Origin: Mustelus asterias
Lineage: Eukaryota
Assembly: GCF_964213995.1 (NCBI RefSeq)
Contig: NW_027590172.1
Coordinates: 806,001 to 870,000, forward strand
Direction: 5' to 3'
DNA length: 64,000 bases
Under the pieces are notes generated by a model, which saw nothing but the letters and a program-made list of their open reading frames with translations, made no database searches and was not told the origin of the DNA. This document shows positions 38,491-51,934 of this stretch, one piece after another (position 1 is the stretch's first letter; every line of letters begins with the position of its first letter). The translations under genes were made by a program, and so were the position numbers.

Positions 38491-40149
38491 GTAGAAGGTG
38501 AGAATCATGAGTGGATTTTAGGACTGAAGAGAGGTAGAAATGTCACGGCTGTTATATTGTTGGAGAGGGTGGAGCAAAATAGAAGGTCAGTGAAAGTAGA
38601 TCAGGAGAGATTTAACAAATATGTCATGGACACAAGACAACGGAAGTGCTAATGGTAGTGTTAAAGACTAAGGCAGTCTTAATAGTGGCGTAAAGGTCAG
38701 TTTGCAGACTGTGTTCATCAACGAATAAAGGTTAATGTTCTCTCAAAGCAAAACATGCGAAGACGTTAGAGACTGGTGCTTGGGCGGGGAGGTAGTGGAG
38801 GGAAGGAGGAGCTTGAAAAAGTATATATCAAAATGGATTTCCGCTAGGACAAGAGGTATGGCCTTCCTTGGGTAAGGAGACCAAAATTGCACACACTACT
38901 CTAGGTGAGGATTTACCATTGCACTGTAAAATTGTAGTAAGACTTTTTTACTTAATTCCGTATGCACTTAGGAAATATGAGTATGATCAAACAAGTAGCA
39001 TGGTATTACAAAAGAAAAATTGTGCTTGATAAGGTTCTTTGGGTTTTTTGAGGCTGTGACTCATCGGGTAGATGAAGGGCGACCAGTGGGTGTTGTGTAC
39101 TTGGATTTCAAAAAGACATGAGACAAAAGGCATGCTGAAGGTCCACCGTCAATAACTCCAGGAGCCTAGTGCACCAAACTGGGATGGCACTGTGCTCTGA
39201 GCACGCTCAGTGAGGTTGGTGGAGGTGGACTGAGGAGGAACAGGTGGCTCAGATAGTAGGAGGAGATTTTGGTGCAGGGGAGGAATTGGAGCTGTGGGTC
39301 GGCTGGGAAGCTTCAGAAACAGGTGATGTATGGAACTTGCAATAAGAATATCAAATTCCTGAGTTTACAGCGCTGGGGCTTTATGGGGACAGGCCCAGGT
39401 TAACAGTTACCATCCTAGTTTGATGACTGGCAGAGCGCATGCACAACTTTCTTGGTGTGGGAGTAGAGAGTGGGTGGGACTTCATGGTCCCAGTGATCGG
39501 AGAGATAATTATTCACTCATTGATTTTATTCTCATTCTTCACTCAGCAGCTGGAGAATTGAACCCAGGCAGAATAAAGGAAAGGAGAAAACTGGGAGGAG
39601 AAAGGAAATGATGGAGATTGCACTGAAATCCAGTGAATCACATTGGGAGGAGGGACAGTTTGTGGAATGTGATTTACTTTGTGAGTTGTGTCAGCAACTT
39701 GGAGAACAAGAGAGGAAAAAATATTCCAAAGAAACTAGAGTTGTCAGTTTTGGATTTATGCCTGTACTTACAGTGAATCATTTGTGTAATGTCCTTTTAC
39801 AGGGCATTCACACTGGAGAATTTTCAGACAGGAAATCCAAACCAAACATCACATTGAGATCTGACAGAGTCACTCGATTCATCAGGACCTGAATATCTTC
39901 GGCCTTTGAATATGGATGGAGAAATGTTTTTCTGTTCTATCTGTGGGAAAAGATTTCAAACATCAGTGTGACTGGAAAAGCACCGACACAGACACACCCG
40001 AGTGAGAGTGTTCCAGTGAACTGACTGTGGAAAGAGTTTAACCAGTTACACAGCCTGAAAAAAAATCACACCATTCACAGCGAGGAGAAACGATACATGT
40101 GTTCTGTGTGTGGATGAGGCCTCAGCTGATCATCCAACCCCAGGGCACC

Positions 40150-40908
40150 ATGGAGAAACCGTGGAAATGTGGGGACTGTGGGAAGGGGTTTAGTTGTCCA
40201 TCCCACCTAGAAACTCATCGACGCAGTCACACTGGGGAGAGGCCGTTCATCTGCTCCAACTGTGGGAAGGGATTCACTCAGCCATCCAGCCTTGTGTCAC
40301 ACCAACGAATTCACACTGAGGAGAAACCTTTCAAATGCTTTGACTGTGGGAAAAGCTTTAGGAGCTCTGGGTGTTTAATTCAACATCAGGGACTTCACAC
40401 AGGAGAGAGACCGTTCATCTGCTCCATGTGTGGGAAGAGATTTGCGTCTTCATCGCAACATTCAAAACACCTCCGAGTGCACACGGGGGAAAGACCGTTC
40501 ACCTGTTCTGAATGTGGGAAGAGATTCAGGTGTTCATCCAACTTCACTGAACATCTCCGTGTGCACCCAGGAGAGAGACCATTCACATGCTCTGAGTGTG
40601 GGAAGGGATTCACTTGTTCATCCCACCTTGCTGAACACAATCGTGTTCACAGTGGAGAGAAACCATTTGTCTGTTCCACGTGTGGGAAAGGATTCACTAC
40701 GTCATCCCAGCATCTGACACACCAGCAGGTTCACACTGGGGAGAGACCGTTCAGCTGCTCCACGTGTGGGAAGAAATTTAGTCGTTCATCCACCCTGCAG
40801 AGACACCAGCGGGTTCACACTGGGGAGAGACCGTTCTCCTGCTCCGAGTGTGGGAAGGGACTCACTCAGTCATCCCACCTGCTGAGACATCAGCAAATTC
40901 ACAAGTGA
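40150..40908 (+). CDS. C2H2 zinc-finger protein, 9 fingers (ZNF-7)
   Basis: [10 protein letters not shown]... ATG in accATGg; intact to TGA followed by family 3' UTR; uORF 39912/39924-39971 upstream. Confidence 0.88.
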   Translation: MEKPWKCGDCGKGFSCPSHLETHRRSHTGERPFICSNCGKGFTQPSSLVSHQRIHTEEKPFKCFDCGKSFRSSGCLIQHQGLHTGERPFICSMCGKRFASSSQHSKHLRVHTGERPFTCSECGKRFRCSSNFTEHLRVHPGERPFTCSECGKGFTCSSHLAEHNRVHSGEKPFVCSTCGKGFTTSSQHLTHQQVHTGERPFSCSTCGKKFSRSSTLQRHQRVHTGERPFSCSECGKGLTQSSHLLRHQQIHK

Positions 40909-40957
40909 CTACAGGGGTTGGATTCTGCTGTTAGTCACCAATAAGAGACACTCTAAC

Positions 40958-41810
40958 TACCGGCCCTTGACATTCAATGGTGTTACCATCACTGATTTCC
41001 TCACTGTCAACATCCTTGGGGTTACCATTGACCAGAAACTCGCCACATAAACACAATGACTACAAGAGCAGGTCAGAAGCGAGTAACTCACCTCCTGACT
41101 CCCCAAAGTCTGTCCACCATCTACAAGGCACAAGTCAGGAGCGCGATGGAATACTCCCCACTTGCCTGGATGGGTGCAGCTCCAACAACACTCAAGAAGC
41201 TCAACACCATCCAGGACAAAGCAGCCCGCTTGATTGGCACCACATCTACCAACATCCACTCTCTCCACCACTGATGCTCAGTAGCAGCAGTGTTTACTAT
41301 CTACAAGATGCACTGCAGCAATTCACCAAAGATCCTTCGACAGCACCTTCAAAACCCACGACTACTTCCATCTAGAAGGACAAGGGCAGCAGATACATGG
41401 GAACACCACCACCTGCAAGTTCCCCTCCCAGTCACTCACCATTCTGACTTGGAAATATAATCGCCATTCCTTCGCAGTCACTGGGTCAAAACCCTGGAAT
41501 TCCCTCCCGAACGGCATTGTGGGTCAACCCACAATAGGTGGATTGGCTATGCTAAATTACCCCTTAGTGTCAAGGGGATTAGCAGGGTTATGGGAATAGG
41601 GCCTGGGTGGGATTGCTGTCGGAACAGACACGATGGGCCGAATGGCCGCCTTCTGTATTGTAGGAATTCTATGATTCTATGAATCCATAGCATGTGGACT
41701 GCAGTGATTCAAGAAGGCAGCGCAGCTCCACCTTCTCAAGGCAAATAGGAATTGGGCAATAAATGCTGCCCAGCCAGCGACGTCCATGTGCCACGAATGA
41801 ATTTTAAAAA
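40958..41810 (+). mobile_element. CR1-clade LINE 3' part with nested SINE tail (41535-41680) in ZNF-7 3' UTR
   Basis: LSTIYKAQVRSAMEYSPLAW; family 3' UTR resumes at ~41815 (ccaggactgaactatgttc). Confidence 0.75.
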
Positions 41811-42029
41811 TCAGACCCAGGACTGAACTATGTTCAATCTGACTGAATTCTGAGTTTCTGAACATTGGGTTTGGTGTCCAATGAATCACTTTTGTTTCCA
41901 TCATTTTATCCCAACTCCTTGATTTCTCCAAGATGAGAGGAGACTAATTCATCTCCTGTTACTGGGATAGAAAGCTGACAAATCCCCTGGATCATACGGT
42001 CTGCATTCCAGGATCTGGGAAGAGGTGAC

Positions 42030-42610
42030 TGCACTGATACTCGAAGCACTGCCAGTGATTTTCCAAAATTCTCTAGATTCTGCAGTGGTACCAATGGATT
42101 GGAAAGTGGAAAATGTAATCCCAATAATAAGAAAAGCCGGAGAAAGGAAACAGGGAATGACAGGCTATTTAGCCTGACATCAGTCATCAGGAAAATATTG
42201 GCATCTATCATGAAGGAAGTGGTAAAAATGCAATTAGAAAAGTAGAACATGATTGGACAAAGTCAACATTGGTTTATGAAAGAACTTGACAAATCTAGTA
42301 GAATTTGTTGAGGATGTAACTAAAAGGTTAGATAAAGGGGAACCAGGGAATGTTGTATGATTGAATTTCTAAAAGCCATTTCATAAGATGCCATACACAA
42401 GATTGTTGCACAGGATAAGGGCTCATGTCATTGGGGGTGAAATATTAGCATTGGTAAAGGAGTTGTTAAAGGACAAAGAGAAGGGATTGATGTGTCATTT
42501 TCAGGTCGGCAGGCTCTTATTATGGGGACAGCACAAGAAGCAGGATAGGAGTTTATTAACAATCCATATTCATGACTTATTTCAAGAGACCAAGTCCAAT
42601 GTATTCAAGT
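42030..42610 (+). mobile_element. Old CR1 RT fragment
   Basis: DWKVENVIP, QSQH.F, RLLHRIRAH remnants. Confidence 0.6.
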
Positions 42611-43895
42611 TTCCCGATGGGGGACTGTCTCAGGGCAAACAACATCAAAGTGGTCAGTACAAATGACACACAAAATATATCCTTACAAACTTCTGCACTG
42701 CGGACCACCTCTCTGGAGAAAACACTGTGGCGACCGGCACAGGTGGAGGCAGCACTGAAATTTGGTTCAGTTTTAAGGACCATCATCACCAAACTCTGAA
42801 CATCTGAGGTGTCCAGAGGAGGATCAGAAGTGGAGTGTGGCAGAGCAAGACCAGAGGTGGAACAGCAGCAGAGGAAGACCAAAGGTAGTTTGGCTGCAGA
42901 GTTCACCCCCCGCCCGCGCCCCGAGCACTATAAAACAACATCATAAACTGCCAGTTCTACGGATATCCATGTTGATCCCACATCTGACTCCCCGTCAGTA
43001 GAGGATCCACAGAAAACAATAAAATCATTGACAGTTTCGACACACTCGAACCAGGAGGAGTCTACCCCAACATTCTCCCTGTTCTCTGAATGGGGTAACT
43101 ATACACTGTAGTTAATACAGTCAGTAAAAGACAATCTATTGTTGGGAGCTTGATTATCTGGTGTCTGAAACCACAAGATTCAATATTTAGAGTCAACAAG
43201 ATGAACAAGGAAACAGATCAGGGCCCAATACTCCAGCTGGATATTCACAAGAGAAAGTCTGTTATCTAACACCTCGAGTGGACAGAACAGAGAAAGATCC
43301 CAACTGTAAGAAATCCTCCAACTATTTGTGAATATCTTTCAAATGCTGACAGGTTTCAATTCCCAGCTTCCATTATGCTGAATCAATGGGAGGTGAGAGA
43401 GCGGTTATCCTGGAACTATTAAAAAAACTAACTAGATCACAGCTAGAGTACTCAGCATCTCAAAGGGACTGCAGAGTATTTCAAACTGTGTAATCATGCT
43501 GTAGTTCACGACCTTGATTTGCGGAGATAGAATTCGGACTGGATATTTTGGAATGTTGTAGAGACATTGATCTAACAATCGTGAAATAACAGCTCATGAG
43601 GAGACACATCATGTCAATGCCAGCTTATTTTCAAAGAATTATGCAATTAGTCCCAATATTGTTCCCCTTCATAAAAACACGCATATTTCTCCTTTCAATT
43701 CTCTTTTTGAAAAATCTGAGTTAACAAAAAACAATATCGGAAGAGTTGCAGAAGCCTCTGCAGTATTCATGGACATTTTTAAAATTAACAAGTTTCTTGA
43801 CCCAATAACATGAACAGTCAGGTGGGAATTTTCTCCCAAAAATTTTGGAAGAAAAACTATTCAATTATGCAGTTGATTTCATAGCATTTCAAGGA

Positions 43896-44184
43896 TCATA
43901 GAACCCTACAGAGCAGAAGAAGCCCATTCAGCCCATCGAGTCTGCACTGACCACAATCCCACCCAGACCCTATCCCCGTAACCCCATGCATTTACCCTAG
44001 CTAGTTCCCCTGGCAATTTTTAGCATAGCCAATCCACCTAACCCGCACATCTTTGGATTGTGGGAGGAAACCCATGCAGATACGGGGAGAATGTACAGAC
44101 TCCACACAGATCGTGACCCAAGCTGGGAATCGAACCCGGGTCCCTGGCGCTGTGAGACAGCAGTGCTAGCCACCCTGCCGCCCC
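43896..44184 (-). mobile_element. HE1/V-SINE-like tRNA-derived SINE
   Basis: B box ggttcgattcc on minus, V-like core gtctgcatgggtttcctcc, CR1-like tail. Confidence 0.78.
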
Positions 44185-44408
44185 TCAATGTTGGTCTTGG
44201 AAACAGGGCAGTGCTGACCCAGCAGAATGTCAGTTCTGGAATGTAAGTGGTCAGTTACCCTATTGACAGCAGCACAGTCACACCAGAAAGAGACCATTCA
44301 GGTACATTATGTGTGCAAATGGATTTATTCAGTTTCCCCTCCTATTAACATACAAGCTTTAAAAGTTCAAAGGAATTGATCAACCATGAGTTCATTCTTC
44401 TTGTCAAG

Positions 44409-44443
<35 letters not shown>

Positions 44444-44659
44444 AGAGGGGGTGGATGGTAAATCAATCAGTTCGTTACACCAGCTGACATTCCAAGGAGT
44501 TCATCTTCAGGTGTGGACGTTTGTTCCGCTATTAATTAAACTCAGGACAGAACTGTGGTGCCTGTTGACATTAGCTGCTGTATTAGTTATTTTCATTTTA
44601 TACCTTGGTGCTTTGGCTTCAGTTGTAATTGAATCACAAAACATAATTTTTTTAATGCA

Positions 44660-45060
44660 ATAACATACTTCAATGGTGGCTATCTTACCCAGCATTCACA
44701 GTGAATCAGAATATGATCTATCCTTACAACAGACTTTGCGCATGCGTACTGTAGATCCAAAGTGCATGCGCAATGTATGTTGCTCCCGCAGTAGCAGGAG
44801 GGCGGTTATATCGGCTCCGGGTTACCAGGGAAACGGCTTATTCTGGAGGGTAATGCAGGCGGCGGGGTGGATGGAGAGGCTTCATAAGCACCCAGTGGAG
44901 ACAGGAGAACCCGAATAATAACTGCTCAGTGCCGCGTTCCTACCATTCGGGGCCGCGACCACAGATGCCGAGTTGGAGGCCCCGAGTTGACGGAGCCCAT
45001 CTTTCCCGGGGCGATGGGCAATAGTGCGCATGCGCGCTGCTCCCTGCCAGCAGGAGGAGA
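44660..45060 (+). promoter_or_regulatory. CpG promoter of ZNF-8
   Basis: ZNF143/Staf-like ttacccagcattc, three NRF1-like sites (44737, 44763, 45025); paralogous to 53850-54130. Confidence 0.72.
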
Positions 45061-45454
45061 GAATGTTGTGAATTTCTCTCCTGGACTGACAGGGATGGAC
45101 TTTGGAAACTCCTTTTACAGGGAGTTAGAAGGGGAGGATTTACACACAGAAAACTCAACCCAAGAGAAATGTTTCTCGCTTAATTTCTATTCTTGACTGA
45201 CAGTGATGATCTATTTTTTACAGGAAATTTGATGACAAAATTTGAAGGGAAACTCAAACCAGACATCAGACCAAAACCTGCCAGAGTCACTCCATTCATC
45301 AGAACCTGATTGTAAGTGTGTCTGTAGAAAAAGATTCAAACATCTGTGTGGCTGGAAATACGGAACAATAATGTCATGGAAGGATTTGCAAACAAAGATG
45401 CAATGTTTTAAATTGAGTTGTTTAACCGGGAGCCTGTGTGGGTCAGTGTTTTAA

Positions 45455-45705
45455 AGTTTATTTATTACTGTCACAAGTAGGCTTAGCCTACATTAACACT
45501 GCAAGTTGCTGTAAAATTCCCCTAGTTGTCACACTCCGGAACTTGTTCGGGTCAATGCACCTAACCAGCAAGCCTTTCTGACTGTGGGAGGAAACCCATG
45601 CAGACATGGGGAGAATGTGCAGACTCCACACACACAGTCACCCAAGCCATGAATTGAACCCAGGTCCCTGGCACTGTGAGGCAGCAGTGCTAACCACTGC
45701 AGCCC
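45455..45705 (-). mobile_element. tRNA-derived SINE
   Basis: gtggttagcactgctgcctcacag..ggttcaattc; tail aataaac. Confidence 0.7.
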
Positions 45706-46409
45706 CATGGTGAGGACATGGTGATGGGTGTGTGGGACTTGATGCAGAGGACAGGGGTTTATATACACCAAAGTTTTTCATGGGTTAAATGAGGGACGCT
45801 GACAGTCAAGTCTAAAGAAAATAAAGGAATGAATGAAAGTTCTCGAAACATCAGCTGAGACAGGGATTTAGCGAAACTCATGTTGGTAATGAATAGATGA
45901 GGCTGTCCGGTCAAGTCAGGAGGGAATGCATGAAATTTTCAGAAACAATACTAAGACAGGGCCAGGGTGAGCCATGTTAGTGGGATATGTTATATACAGG
46001 AGGGGTGGAAGGTAACTTATTCCACATTGATTTCTCATCTCACATCTGTCTGTGACCAGAAAGATGTTTTTGATTTGATTCCTCCTTTATAAGCAGTGGC
46101 ATACTACCCAATACTTCAAGGCTTACTCCTGCTCGTAATTCATACATCCGTATGTATGTTCACTAATGTCCTTTAGGGAAGGAAATGGGTAAGATGGCTA
46201 TAGAGGGATATGGGCCAAATGCGGGCAATTGGGACTAGCTTAGGGGTTTTAAAAAAGGGGTGGCATGGACAAGTTGGGCCGAAGGGCCTGTTTCCATGCT
46301 GTTAACCTCTATGACTCTAAGTGAGAATTAACTTTAGTTTACTCACAGACACTCCAAATGTGGTAACTCAATGTTGCACCATTTGATTTGATTTATTATT
46401 GTCTCACAA

Positions 46410-46695
46410 AGTTTATTTATTAGTCACAAGTAGACTTACATTCATACTGCGATGAAGGTGCTGTGAAAATCCCCTCGTCGCCAAGCTCTGGCACCTGTTC
46501 AGAGGGAGAATTTTAGCATGGCCAATTAACCTCACCTGCACATCTTTGGAGTGTGGGAGGAAACCAGAGCATCCGGAAGAAACCCACGCAGACACAGGGA
46601 GAACATGCAAACTCCACACAGACAGTGAGCCAAGCCGGGAATCGAATCTGGGTCCCCAGTGCTGTGAGGCAGCAGTGCTAACCACTGTGTCACCA
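46410..46695 (-). mobile_element. tRNA-derived SINE
   Basis: ggtgacacagtggttagcactgctgcctcacag...gattcgattcc; V-like core. Confidence 0.75.
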
Positions 46696-46699
46696 TGTA

Positions 46700-47940
46700 A
46701 TAGTATGAAGTGAAAAGTATTGTTTCTTGCATACCATAGATAGAGGAAGAAAGGAGAGAGTGCAGAATGTTGTGTTACAGTCAGAGCTAGGGTGTAGAGA
46801 AAGATAAACTTAATGAAAGTAGGCCCATTCAAAAGTTTGATGGCAGCAGGGAAGAAGCTGTTCTTGAATCGATTGGTACGGGACCTCAGACTTTTGTATC
46901 TTTTTCCCGACGGAAGAAGTTGGAAGAGAGAATGTCTGGGATGTGTGGGGTCATTGATTATACTGGCTGCTTTTCCGAGGTCGCGGTAAGTGTAGACAGA
47001 GTCAATGGTTGGGAGGCTGGTTTGCGTGATGGACGAGGCTTCGGTTATGACCCATTGTAGTTTCTTGCGTTCTTGGATAGAGCAGGAGCCTCGCCAAGCT
47101 GTGATACAACCAGAAAGAATGCTTTCTGTGGTGTATCTATAAAAGTTGGTGAAAATCATAACGGACATGCCAAATTTCCTTAGCTTCCTGAGAAAGCAGA
47201 GACATCGGTGGGCTTTCTTAGTTGTAGCATTGGCATGGAGGGACCAGGACAGGTTGTTGGTATCTGGTCGCCGAGAAACTCGAAGCTCTCGACCATTTCT
47301 ACCTCATCCCTGTTGATGTAGACAGGGGCATGTTCCCCACTACGCTTCCTGAAGTCGATGACAATCTCCTTCATTTTGTTGACATTGAGGGAGAGATTAT
47401 TGTTGCTGCACCAGTTCACCAGATTCTCTATCTCATTCCTGTTCTCTGTCTCATCACTGTTTGAGAAATGACCCACTGCGGTGGTGTCATCAGCAATCAT
47501 GAAAATCAAGTTGGGGGGGGAATTTGGCCACACAGTCATAGGTGTATAAGGAGTATAGTAGGGGGTTGAGGACACAGCCTTGTGGGGTACCGGTTTTGAG
47601 GATGATCGTGGAGGAGGTGTTGTTGCCTATTCTTACTGATCTGAGTGTTAGGAAGTCTTGGACCCAGTCGTAGAGAGAGGAGCTAAGGCCAGGCCACGGA
47701 ATTTGGGGATGTGTTTCGTAGGAATAATGGTGTTGAAGGCTGAGCTGTAGTCAATAAATAGGAGTCTGAAATAGGTGCTTTGTTATTCAGGCGGTTCCCG
47801 GGTTGAGTGCAGGGCCAGGGAGATGGTGTCTGCTGTGGACCTGTTGCGGCGGTTGTGAACTGTAGTGGATCCAGGCAGTCTGGGAGGCCGGACTGATTTG
47901 TGCCATGACTAACCTTTCGAAGCACTTCATAATGATGGAT
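46700..47940 (-). mobile_element. Rex1/Babar-like LINE, degraded
   Basis: ADDTT, LSLNVNKMKEIVIDFRK, SILSGCITAW, RTNRFKNSFFPAAI. Confidence 0.72.
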
Positions 47941-49338
47941 GCATTCATATATAGAAGATGGACAGAGAAAGGAAAGATTTACAGTGCAGAGATCACAGAG
48001 AACAATTGTGTTTCACATGATCCAGAATCAAAATGTCGCTCTGGGAGAATGAGGTGTGAGTTTCTTTGTGTCTCCCAGATTGCTCCATTTGTTCAGGGGT
48101 CAGAAACACACACAGATTCAGCTATTTCTCCCATTTTAATAATTTTAGAAATAGCTATGAGGATATCAATACATGTTTTCAAAGAAGTATGCAGTGTGAG
48201 GTCCCAGCCCCCTCACCGATGGAAACCCATTCTTGGAGATGGAACAGGTGTGTGGTTGGAAGGGCATCGGGGGTGGGGGGTGAGACACCGAGTAATGTTC
48301 TGGGAACCGAGGTTCAAATCCTGCCATGGCAGGTGGTGGAATTTACATTCAATACAAGTTTGAATTTGAAAGGCTAATGATGAGCAAAAAAACCATTATT
48401 GATTATCATAAAAGCCCATTGGGTTCACTAGTGCTGTTTAGGGAAAAACAAATCTGCCATCTTCACCTGGTCCGGCCTACATGTATCTCCAGATCTGCAA
48501 TGTGGTTGAATCTTAATTCCCTCTGATATGGCACAGCAAGCCTCTCAGTTATACCCAACTAGTACAAAGTTACTAAAAAGGTATGGAAATGGGCAGACCA
48601 GGCATAGGCCTTGGCACGGGAAACGGCCTTGTCGACCCTGCAAAGTCAGATTTAGAAAATAAATATTTGAACCTGGTTGTAAACAGCCTGCTTCAGCACC
48701 AGAGTGGGATGGTGTCAGTGTCCACGGGGTGGAGTTTGTAGCACGGACTGAAGACAATTGTTTCATGTTTCTCACTCTGTAAATGGAGGAAACTTCTCCT
48801 AATCCAGGACAGGATCTCAGTCCAGTCGCGATGCTGTGTGACTTTGAGGTGATGATGTTCACATTCACCTGTGAACCTGGTCTTTCTAAATGGTGGAGGT
48901 TGAAGGTTTGGGAGTTTCTATCTGGCTGTAGATGTATCCTTTCCTTCACCTCTTTTCCTCCCACATCTCTTAATCCTGCCCATCCGCTGCCTCTTCACAT
49001 TGAAGCTCTGGTCTTGTATCGGTTCAGACTGGCTCAAAGGTTCCCTTCCCTGAAGGACATTAGTGAACCAGTTGGGTTTTTATGACAATCCATCAGTTTT
49101 CTTGGTCTCTTTTTCCCAGTGCCGGCCCCACAAATTACCAGATTCATTCAGCTCAATTTCACAACCTGCCTTTGTGTTTTTGTGGGTTCTCTCTCACTCT
49201 CTTTTTTCTTTTTTAAATCAATTTCACAGCATATTCAAAGGTGAGGATTTGCAGTCAGAAAACTGAAACCAAACATCACATCAGGATCAGACAGAGTCGC
49301 CCAATTTATCGTAATATGCGTATCATTGGATTTTGAAC

Positions 49339-50184
49339 ATGGAAGGAAAAAGCACCGCTCACAGTGGGGAGAAACTGTACACGTGTTCCGTGTGTGGACG
49401 AGGATTCAGCCGTTTATCTGGCCTGTCAAAACATAAATGCAGTCACGGTGGGGAGAAATTGTGGAAATGTGAGTATTGTGGCAAGGGATTCAGTTCCCCA
49501 TCAGAGCTGGAAATTCATCGACGGAGTCACACTGGGGAGAGACCGTTCACCTGCTCCGAGTGTGGGAAAGGATTCACTCAGTTGTCCCACCTGGTGAGAC
49601 ACCAGCGAGTTCACACTGGGGAGAGACCATTCACCTGCTCCGAGTGCAAGGTGGGATTCACTCAGTCAGCCCACCTGGTGTCACACCAGCGAGTTCATAC
49701 GGGAGAGAGACCATTCACCTGCTCCGAGTGCAAAATGGGATTCACTCAGTCAACCCACCTGGTGACACACCAGCGAGTTCACACTGGGGAGAGACCATTC
49801 ACCTGCTCCGAGTGTGGGAAGAAATTCAGCCGGTCGTTTCACCTTCTGATTCACCAGCGAATTCACTCTGGAGAGAGACCATTCACCTGCTCTGAGTGTG
49901 AGAAGGCATTCATTACATCAACCGAACTGTTGACACACCAGCGGATTCACACTGAGGATAACCCGTTCACCTGCTCCAAATGTGGGAAGGAATTCGCTAA
50001 CTCTTCTAACCTGATCTGCCATCAACGAATTCACACTGACGAGAGACCTTTTAAATGCCCAGACTGTGGAAAGTGCTTTAAAAGTTTTGGGAACTTGATG
50101 ACCCATCAACGGGTTCACACTCGAGTCCGTTCAGATGCTTTCACTGTGGGACTGAGTTCAGACAATCATCTCCTCTCACTGTAA
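49339..50184 (+). CDS. C2H2 zinc-finger protein, 9 fingers (ZNF-8); frameshift near 50121 drops last two fingers
   Basis: [16 protein letters not shown]...; acceptor tttcacag ~49229; AATAAA at ~50381. Confidence 0.8.
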   Translation: MEGKSTAHSGEKLYTCSVCGRGFSRLSGLSKHKCSHGGEKLWKCEYCGKGFSSPSELEIHRRSHTGERPFTCSECGKGFTQLSHLVRHQRVHTGERPFTCSECKVGFTQSAHLVSHQRVHTGERPFTCSECKMGFTQSTHLVTHQRVHTGERPFTCSECGKKFSRSFHLLIHQRIHSGERPFTCSECEKAFITSTELLTHQRIHTEDNPFTCSKCGKEFANSSNLICHQRIHTDERPFKCPDCGKCFKSFGNLMTHQRVHTRVRSDAFTVGLSSDNHLLSL

Positions 50185-51934
50185 ACCAGCGAGTTCACAC
50201 TGGGGAGAAACCATTCATCTGCTTCAAGTGTGGGAAAGGATTCAATCAGTCATCCAACGTGCTGACACACCAGCCAGATTGGAGTTTGCTGTTAATCACA
50301 TCCAGAACTGAACTATATTTATTGGGGTCTGATGTTAACAATATCCAGTGCAGATTTAGATATTGGTATTCTGGGTTAAAAATAAAATAAAAAATCAACT
50401 TTGTTTTAATTTTTGAATGACTGCATCTTCATTTGGGAGGCTGGGATTATCCCCGTTTCGAGGGAACTAAGGAATAGACCATAAGCCGTAGGAGCAGCAT
50501 TCGGCCATTCAGCCTTCATTATAACAATGATCCCATTGTGATTCCTGCTGGTTGGGAAATGTGCGATATTGATGCCAGTCTGTCTTTCTTTAATTATCTT
50601 CAATCCCAGTCCTCTGGTTACTGACCCGCATCAGTGGAACAGTTTCTCCCGATCTGCTCTATCAAACCACCCGTCCCCACCCCGATCATCTTGAACAGAT
50701 CCATGAAATCTCCATTTCAGCTTCTTTGTTCTAAAGGGAACACATTTGGGGGAGGCGATGCCTAATGGTATTATCGATAGACTATTAATCCAGAAACCCA
50801 GCTAATGTTCTGGGGACCCGGATTCGAATCCACATTTTGAAAAAGATGAACAGTGTCTGTGGTTTACAGTGAGAGGAGATGATTGTCTGAACTCAGTCCC
50901 ACAGCGAAAGCATCTGAACAGGTGGTGCAGCACATTTCCCAGGACATTGGAGCAGTAATGAATGAGGCCAGGATGACAGAGTCGAAACAACATTATATTC
51001 TTTATGCTTGAAACCTGTCTTAGAATTCTCTTCATTAACTGGACCATCAATGTGAGGGGAATTAGCATCTTCTGTAATTCCAGAACCAAGAGACACTGAT
51101 TCCCCAGGGATGTTGTTCTGTAATTTACACTATCCCCCAGCAGGGCTCTTCACCCAGGCTGACAACAGGCAGCTCAGTGTTCGTGATTTGTCATTGCTGC
51201 TGTTCCAGATGTTGTTCAATATAGACTCAAGTTTAGAGAAAGGAGTGGAAATGGGTCATCAGAACTCTCACTGTCCCTGACGGGTAATGGTTACTTGAAT
51301 TTCTCAAACATTGTGGTTTGTAAAGACACTGTTATTTCATCTCCAGTATTAGTCAGAATGGGCTGTATTCTCCACGTGATAGGGCTGGAATTATCTGTGT
51401 GGGTGTGTGTCTATGAATGAAGATGTCTGTCTGGGTGTGGGTGTGTGTCTATGTTTGCCCATATCTGTGTAAGAGACAGGGAGAGAGAGTGTGTTTGGAT
51501 CTCTGTGTTTGGATATCTTTATGTGCTGCTCCTTCTTAGGTGGTTTGTCTCAAAGGTTCCTCTCCGGGTGATTTGAGTAGAATCATTCAGAGATTCTTCA
51601 TCCTGGGTGAATCCACAGGCTGACCATGTGCTGTGTAAAACCTGACATCCACACCACCAGACTCCACTTTTCCTGGAACAACATCAAGTGTTTGCTGCTT
51701 TCCTGATCCTTCCTTTTCCCTCCCTTTTCAATTCTATCACTTCTCATGATTCTGAATTTCAGAGAGGACAGACTCATCCCACTGAATGTCCTCCAAGGAC
51801 AACCGCCTCATCTCAGGAATCAGTCCAGTGAAATTTAGTTGCACAAAGACAGTGAGCAAATAGAACAAAGACCAAAAGAGGGAAATAGATAGAGACACAG
51901 ACAGAGGCTGTTCGAGTGAAAGAGACTGAGCGAG

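Noticed and set aside
30512-40020. In-frame TGA at a finger Cys position (FQ*TDC in leaders of ZNF-5, -6, -7) as selenocysteine or readthrough
   Set aside because: Leaders also contain frameshifts and other stops, other paralogs have TGC/TGT there, and no SECIS-like AUGA..AA..GA structure was seen in the shared 3' UTR
42610-42910. Possible host-gene exon
   Set aside because: Stops in all plus frames; looks like a degraded non-LTR retrotransposon C-terminus but is too weak to call
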